Assembly (NCBI GenBank): GCA_002441285.1 | Contig: DJVR01000034.1 | Location: 3,369 to 67,368 of the forward strand | Direction of reading: 5' to 3' | DNA length: 64,000 bases | From: Candidatus Atribacteria bacterium UBA6251 | GTDB lineage: Bacteria; Atribacterota; Phoenicimicrobiia; Phoenicimicrobiales; Phoenicimicrobiaceae | Position numbers and translations under genes: made by a program | Part shown: in pieces, positions 59,725 to 64,000 of the stretch | How the letters are laid out: each line of letters begins with the position of its first letter | Position numbering within the stretch: position 1 is the first letter of the stretch | Notes under the pieces: generated by a model | What the model saw: the letters and a program-made list of their open reading frames with translations, nothing else | What the model was told of the DNA's origin: nothing | Database searches by the model: none

Positions 59725-60993
59725 TTAGAATTTATTAAAAACTGTTTTAAGTTCATTAATTATTTTTTCGATTTCTACCTCTTTTTGTTCTTTGGTTTGC
59801 ATATTTCTTAAGAGTATTCTATCTCTAGATAATTCTTCTTCTCCCAGTATAATAGTGTATCTAGCCTTTAATTTATCCGCCAATCTCATTTGGCCCTTCA
59901 AGCTACGAAAGGAATAATCCATCTCGGCAGATATACCTGCCATTCTTATCTTCTGGAGTAATTCAAAAGCAAATAACTCTTTTTCTTGATTAATTTTAGC
60001 TACAAAGACTTCAATCCCTGAATCTTTTGGCCATTCAATCTTTTGCTGTTGCATAGCTAGAATAGTTCTTTCTATTCCAGCGGCAAAACCTACTGCTGGA
60101 GTTGGTTTTCCACCAAACTCTTCTACTAGATAGTCATATCTGCCTCCACCACTGACAGCATTCTGGGCTCCAAGCTCTTTACAGATTATTTCAAAGGCAG
60201 TCTTAGTATAATAATCAAAACCTCTAACTAATCTAGGATCTAAACGGTATTCTATATTTAATACCTTCAGATATTTTTGCACCTCTTGAAAATGTTCCTG
60301 ACATTCCTCACATAGATATTGGGTAAGGGCCGGAACTTTTTTAATAATACTCTGGCAGCTAACATTTTTACAATCTAATATTCTTAAAGGATTTTTATAA
60401 TATCTTTTTTTACAATCCGTACAGAGGTTATCTATCTCTTGATGAATAGAGCTTTTTAATTCTCGAAGATAAAGGGCACGACATTTTTTACACCCTACAC
60501 TATTGAGTAAAACTTCTAAATTTTTTAAACCTAATTTACGAAATATTTCCAGACAGAGTAAAATAATTTCCGCATCGACTTGTGCCGAAGAAGTTCCAAT
60601 TATCTCAGCACCGTATTGGTGAAATTGCCTAAACCTACCTGCTTGAGGTTTTTCGCTACGGAACATTGGTCCAAGATAGAATAGCTTGGTTACTGGAAAT
60701 AAACGATCCATTCGTTGCTCAAGATACGCCCTTACTACCGGAGCAGTACCTTCCGGTCTTAAGGTAAGGCTTCTTTCTTTCCGATCTAAAAAGGTAAACA
60801 TTTCTTTAGTAACAATATCGGTTGATTCTCCAATTCCTCTTGCAAATAACTCAGTATATTCAAAAATAGGAGTTCTTATTTCCCTATATCCGAATCTATT
60901 AGCTACTTCCTTAATAATCTTTTCCACATAATTCCATTTTTCTATGTCTTCTGGTAAAATATCTTGTGTCCCCTTCGGAATTCTAATGATCAT
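59725..60993 (-). CDS. hisS: Histidine--tRNA ligase
   Basis: LRPEGTA, GRFRQFHQ, LVRGFDYY and GGGRYD; ATG at 60993 after GGGGGAG. Confidence 0.97.
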   Translation of the reverse strand: MIIRIPKGTQDILPEDIEKWNYVEKIIKEVANRFGYREIRTPIFEYTELFARGIGESTDIVTKEMFTFLDRKERSLTLRPEGTAPVVRAYLEQRMDRLFPVTKLFYLGPMFRSEKPQAGRFRQFHQYGAEIIGTSSAQVDAEIILLCLEIFRKLGLKNLEVLLNSVGCKKCRALYLRELKSSIHQEIDNLCTDCKKRYYKNPLRILDCKNVSCQSIIKKVPALTQYLCEECQEHFQEVQKYLKVLNIEYRLDPRLVRGFDYYTKTAFEIICKELGAQNAVSGGGRYDYLVEEFGGKPTPAVGFAAGIERTILAMQQQKIEWPKDSGIEVFVAKINQEKELFAFELLQKIRMAGISAEMDYSFRSLKGQMRLADKLKARYTIILGEEELSRDRILLRNMQTKEQKEVEIEKIINELKTVFNKF

Positions 60994-61018
60994 ATCTTCT
61001 CCCCCTTGTAGTATATTT

Positions 61019-62083
61019 TTAGTAGTTATAATTATAATGTTCTTTTTCAAATACTTTTTTATCAATTGCTTTTCTTAAGGCATCTTCTCGACTAATCTTT
61101 CCCTCCATTAACAAGTCTTTCAAGGATTGATCCAGGCTTTGCATACCATCTTTTTTACTAATTTGAATAATTGATTGAATCTGATAGGTCTTATTTTCTC
61201 TAATCAAGTTTTTTATAGCTGGAGTAGCAAACATTATCTCCAAGGCTGGGGCTCTTCCTTTTTCATCTAGAGTAGGCAAAAGGGTTTGAGCTACTACACC
61301 TAATAAAGCACCAGCTAATTGCATTCTTACTTGATTCTGTTGATGAGGAGGAAATACGTCAATTATTCTATCGATAGTATCTGATACACTGATAGTATGT
61401 AAAGTAGAAAATACTAAATGACCAGTTTCAGCAGCAGTAAGAGCCATAGAAATAGTTTCAAGATCCCTCATCTCTCCTACCAGTATTACATCAGGGTCCT
61501 CTCTTAATGCACTACGTAAAGCATCAGAAAAGCTTTTAGTATGAGCCCCTATTTCTCTTTGAGTAATTAAACAGTTTTTATGTTGATGAATAAATTCAAT
61601 AGGGTCTTCAATGGTAATAATATTATCATAACGTTGAGTATTAATTATATCTATTAAGGTGGCTAGGGTGGTAGATTTTCCACTTCCCGTAGGTCCAGTG
61701 ATTAAAACAAATCCTTTATCTTTTTCACAAAAATTAGCTAGAACAGAAGGTAATCCTAATTCAGATAGAGATTTAATCTTTTCCGGAATTAATCGAAAAG
61801 CTCCTCCTTCTCCTCTCCGGTGCTTAAATAAATTTACTCGAAAACGGGCAACACTCTCTAATTCATATGACAAATCTAATTCCCCATTAGTTTCGAAATC
61901 TTTTTTTTGATTTTCATCCAAAATACTATAAATTAAACGGTGCACCTCTTCTTTAGTTAATTCGGGGAACTTCAATTTATTTAGTTTTCCATTAATTCTT
62001 ATTACTGGGGGTATACCAACATTAAGATGTAAATCAGAAGCATCATTTTCTTTGGCAAGAGTTAATAAATCATTTAAAATCAT
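61019..62083 (-). CDS. pilT: Type IV pilus retraction ATPase PilT
   Basis: ASDLH, GPTGSGKS, ALREDPDVILVGEMRD, AETGHLVFSTLHT and AIKNLIRE motifs. Confidence 0.94.
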   Translation of the reverse strand: MILNDLLTLAKENDASDLHLNVGIPPVIRINGKLNKLKFPELTKEEVHRLIYSILDENQKKDFETNGELDLSYELESVARFRVNLFKHRRGEGGAFRLIPEKIKSLSELGLPSVLANFCEKDKGFVLITGPTGSGKSTTLATLIDIINTQRYDNIITIEDPIEFIHQHKNCLITQREIGAHTKSFSDALRSALREDPDVILVGEMRDLETISMALTAAETGHLVFSTLHTISVSDTIDRIIDVFPPHQQNQVRMQLAGALLGVVAQTLLPTLDEKGRAPALEIMFATPAIKNLIRENKTYQIQSIIQISKKDGMQSLDQSLKDLLMEGKISREDALRKAIDKKVFEKEHYNYNY

Positions 62084-62124
62084 ACATTAATCACCTTTCT
62101 CTAAAAACTTGGTTAAATTTCTCC

Positions 62125-62598
62125 TCATTTAAAGAGTAAATCTAAGGACTCATTAATATTTTTATAAGAAGCCAATACAATCCTTATCTTTTTACCGAAA
62201 ATCTGTTGGATGACCATCTTGGCTTCCTCATCGGTGGGATCAGCCATAGCTATAGTAATTTCGTTATCTAACTTAATTAAAGGTAAAAAATTAAATTTTC
62301 TCATCGTATATTCTGGTACTTTCCTGGACAATTCATGATCAATACTCTCTAAATTAATATGCATATAAGGAAGATCTAACTGTCTTCCTAAAGTCCAGTT
62401 TATTTCATCCTGGCTCACCCATCCTTTTTCCATTAAAATTTCTCCTATTCTTTTTTCGGTACTCTTTTGAATGTCTAGAGCTGCTTTTAACTGTTGGGGT
62501 GTGATTATTTTATAATTAATTAAAATCTCGCCTAATTTTGGTACCTCTTTGTTGATCTTTTCTATTTTTTCCATCCGATGATATCCTCCTGTTATCAA
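62125..62598 (-). CDS. Stand-alone MshEN / GspE N-terminal domain protein
   Basis: KLGEIL...IIT.QQL.AAL.IQ...RIGEIL..KG.V...I...L.RQ followed by the IAMADP subdomain; no ATPase domain. Confidence 0.85.
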   Translation of the reverse strand: MITGGYHRMEKIEKINKEVPKLGEILINYKIITPQQLKAALDIQKSTEKRIGEILMEKGWVSQDEINWTLGRQLDLPYMHINLESIDHELSRKVPEYTMRKFNFLPLIKLDNEITIAMADPTDEEAKMVIQQIFGKKIRIVLASYKNINESLDLLFK

Positions 62599-62646
62599 AG
62601 TATTTTATCGATAGATATATCCACAAATGACATTTTTATATCTTTA

Positions 62647-62856
62647 ACAAAAAACCCTGATAATGCTTTTTAGCATTATCAGGGACGAGTTTATCTCGCG
62701 GTGCCACCCTGTTTGAAGGATATTTTTATCCTTCCACTCCATAGCTTTTTAACAGAAGCCAATCGAATAAGTTTACTTTTTTAGAAAACAATATAGTTCA
62801 ACTTATTTTTTCTTCAGGGGTCATTGGAAGATTTTTCCAGCAAGTAAAATCTTCTA
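62647..62856 (-). promoter_or_regulatory. T-box riboswitch, probable Asp specifier (GAC), short Stem I
   Basis: AGGGTGGCACCGCG T-box sequence; terminator CCCTGATAATGCT/AGCATTATCAGGG-TTTTTT; Stem I TCAGG-AAAGTA-GAAGATTTT..AAAATCTTC-CAA-T-GAC-C-CCTGA. Confidence 0.88.
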
Positions 62857-62986
62857 CTTTCCTGATTTTTAATTAACTAAATTTTGATGTTTAAATATAT
62901 TTTATCTAATTAACTATTAAAAATCAATCTCTATAGATAAGGATTAATAATTTTAAAAATTTCACTTCCTCTCATTTTTTAAAAGA

Positions 62987-64000
62987 TTACTTTTGGTAAA
63001 ATTCTTTTTTATCTATCGCTCTTAATATAGCTTCATCTCGACTAATTTTCCCTTCAATAAGCATACTTTTTAAAGATTGATCTATACTGATCATTCCATC
63101 ACTTCTACCCATCTGAATAATAGAAGCAATCTGATGAATTTTATTCTCTCTGATAATATTACGGACAGCTGGAGTAGCTATCATTAATTCAATAATAGGC
63201 ACCCTTCCTCCTCCATCAATAGTGGGTAATAGAGTCTGAGCAACAATACCTAAAAGTGATTCGGCAATTTGTGTTCTAATTTGATTTTGCTGGTGGGGTG
63301 GAAAGACATTAATAATTCTTTCTACGGTTTCTGCGGCATTATTAGTATGCAGGGTAGAAAATACTAAATGACCAGTTTCAGCGGCAGTAACCGCCATCGA
63401 GATAGTTTCTAAATCTCTCATTTCACCTACTAAAATAACATCTGGATCTTCTCTTAATGCGCTACGCAAAGCGCTGGCAAAAGAATGAGTATGTGATCCA
63501 ATTTCTCTTTGATCTATAACACAATTTTTATGTTGATGAATAAATTCTATAGGATCTTCGATAGTAATAATATGTTTATATTGTTCTTTATTAATCATAT
63601 CGATTAAAGTAGCCAAGGTAGTAGTTTTACCACTGCCAGTGGGACCGGTAATTAAGACAAAACCTTTGGGCCTTTTAGTTAAATAACTTAATTCTTTCGG
63701 TAGATTTAATTCTTCCAGTGTCTTTATCTTTTCTGGAATCAATCTAAAGGCAGCTGATTCTCCATTACGGGTACGAAAAATATTCACTCTAAAGCGAGCA
63801 ACATTTTTTAATTCGTAAGAAAAATCTAATTCATAATATTTAATATATTTAGTCAGTTGTTCTTTATCCAGGATACTAAAGATCATTTCGTGAACGTCTT
63901 CTGAAGTTAATTCGGGTAGGTTTAGTTTTTTTAAATCACCATTAATACGGAGAATTGGAGGTACTCCTACTGAAATATGCAAATCGGAAGCGTCTCTCTC
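62987..64000 (-). CDS. pilT: PilT ATPase (second paralog; start lies beyond the window end)
   Basis: The frame is open to the window edge (ERDASDLH...); GPTGSGKT, ALREDPD and AVRNIIRE motifs. Confidence 0.93.
   Translation of the reverse strand, partial: ERDASDLHISVGVPPILRINGDLKKLNLPELTSEDVHEMIFSILDKEQLTKYIKYYELDFSYELKNVARFRVNIFRTRNGESAAFRLIPEKIKTLEELNLPKELSYLTKRPKGFVLITGPTGSGKTTTLATLIDMINKEQYKHIITIEDPIEFIHQHKNCVIDQREIGSHTHSFASALRSALREDPDVILVGEMRDLETISMAVTAAETGHLVFSTLHTNNAAETVERIINVFPPHQQNQIRTQIAESLLGIVAQTLLPTIDGGGRVPIIELMIATPAVRNIIRENKIHQIASIIQMGRSDGMISIDQSLKSMLIEGKISRDEAILRAIDKKEFYQK

Overview
AT-rich bacterial chromosome segment with every real gene on the minus strand. The housekeeping blocks show Firmicute-like gene order: valS with a T-box, tig-clpP-lon, a 7-tRNA cluster, rph-rdgB, efp-asp23-nusB-xseAB-ispA, alaS-ruvX-mltG-udk, and hisS-asnS-aspS-6S RNA-fau-rpsA. 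They surround a roughly 30 kb type IV pilus locus that includes a secretin, so the organism is probably a diderm; Atribacterota-like is my inference, not established. The pilus locus runs pilB, GAF/HD-GYP, pilC, two SigB/F-like sigma factors, two DUF6982-like proteins, tandem c-di-GMP-I riboswitches, pilA, an O-oligosaccharyltransferase-like gene, an RHH regulator, a pilA paralog, pilD, minor pilins, pilMNOPQ and a PKD lipoprotein. A second pilB, two pilT genes and a stand-alone MshEN protein lie nearby. The most notable observations are: (1) a small secreted stand-alone ZU5-like protein ending in a putative autocleavage motif HF/CRYRGCW, controlled by an A20-variant GEMM-I riboswitch and next to a cyclase-STAND-TPR gene; (2) a sigma-sigma-DUF6982-DUF6982 cassette upstream of the riboswitch-controlled pilin; (3) an Asp-type T-box that precedes MshEN and pilT genes ahead of hisS-asnS-aspS; (4) short-Stem-I transcriptional T-boxes; (5) palindromic repeats inserted in frame in a prepilin leader; (6) a seven-domain ribosomal protein S1. 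No CRISPR array, rRNA gene or transposase was seen. All family assignments are by eye, without database searches.
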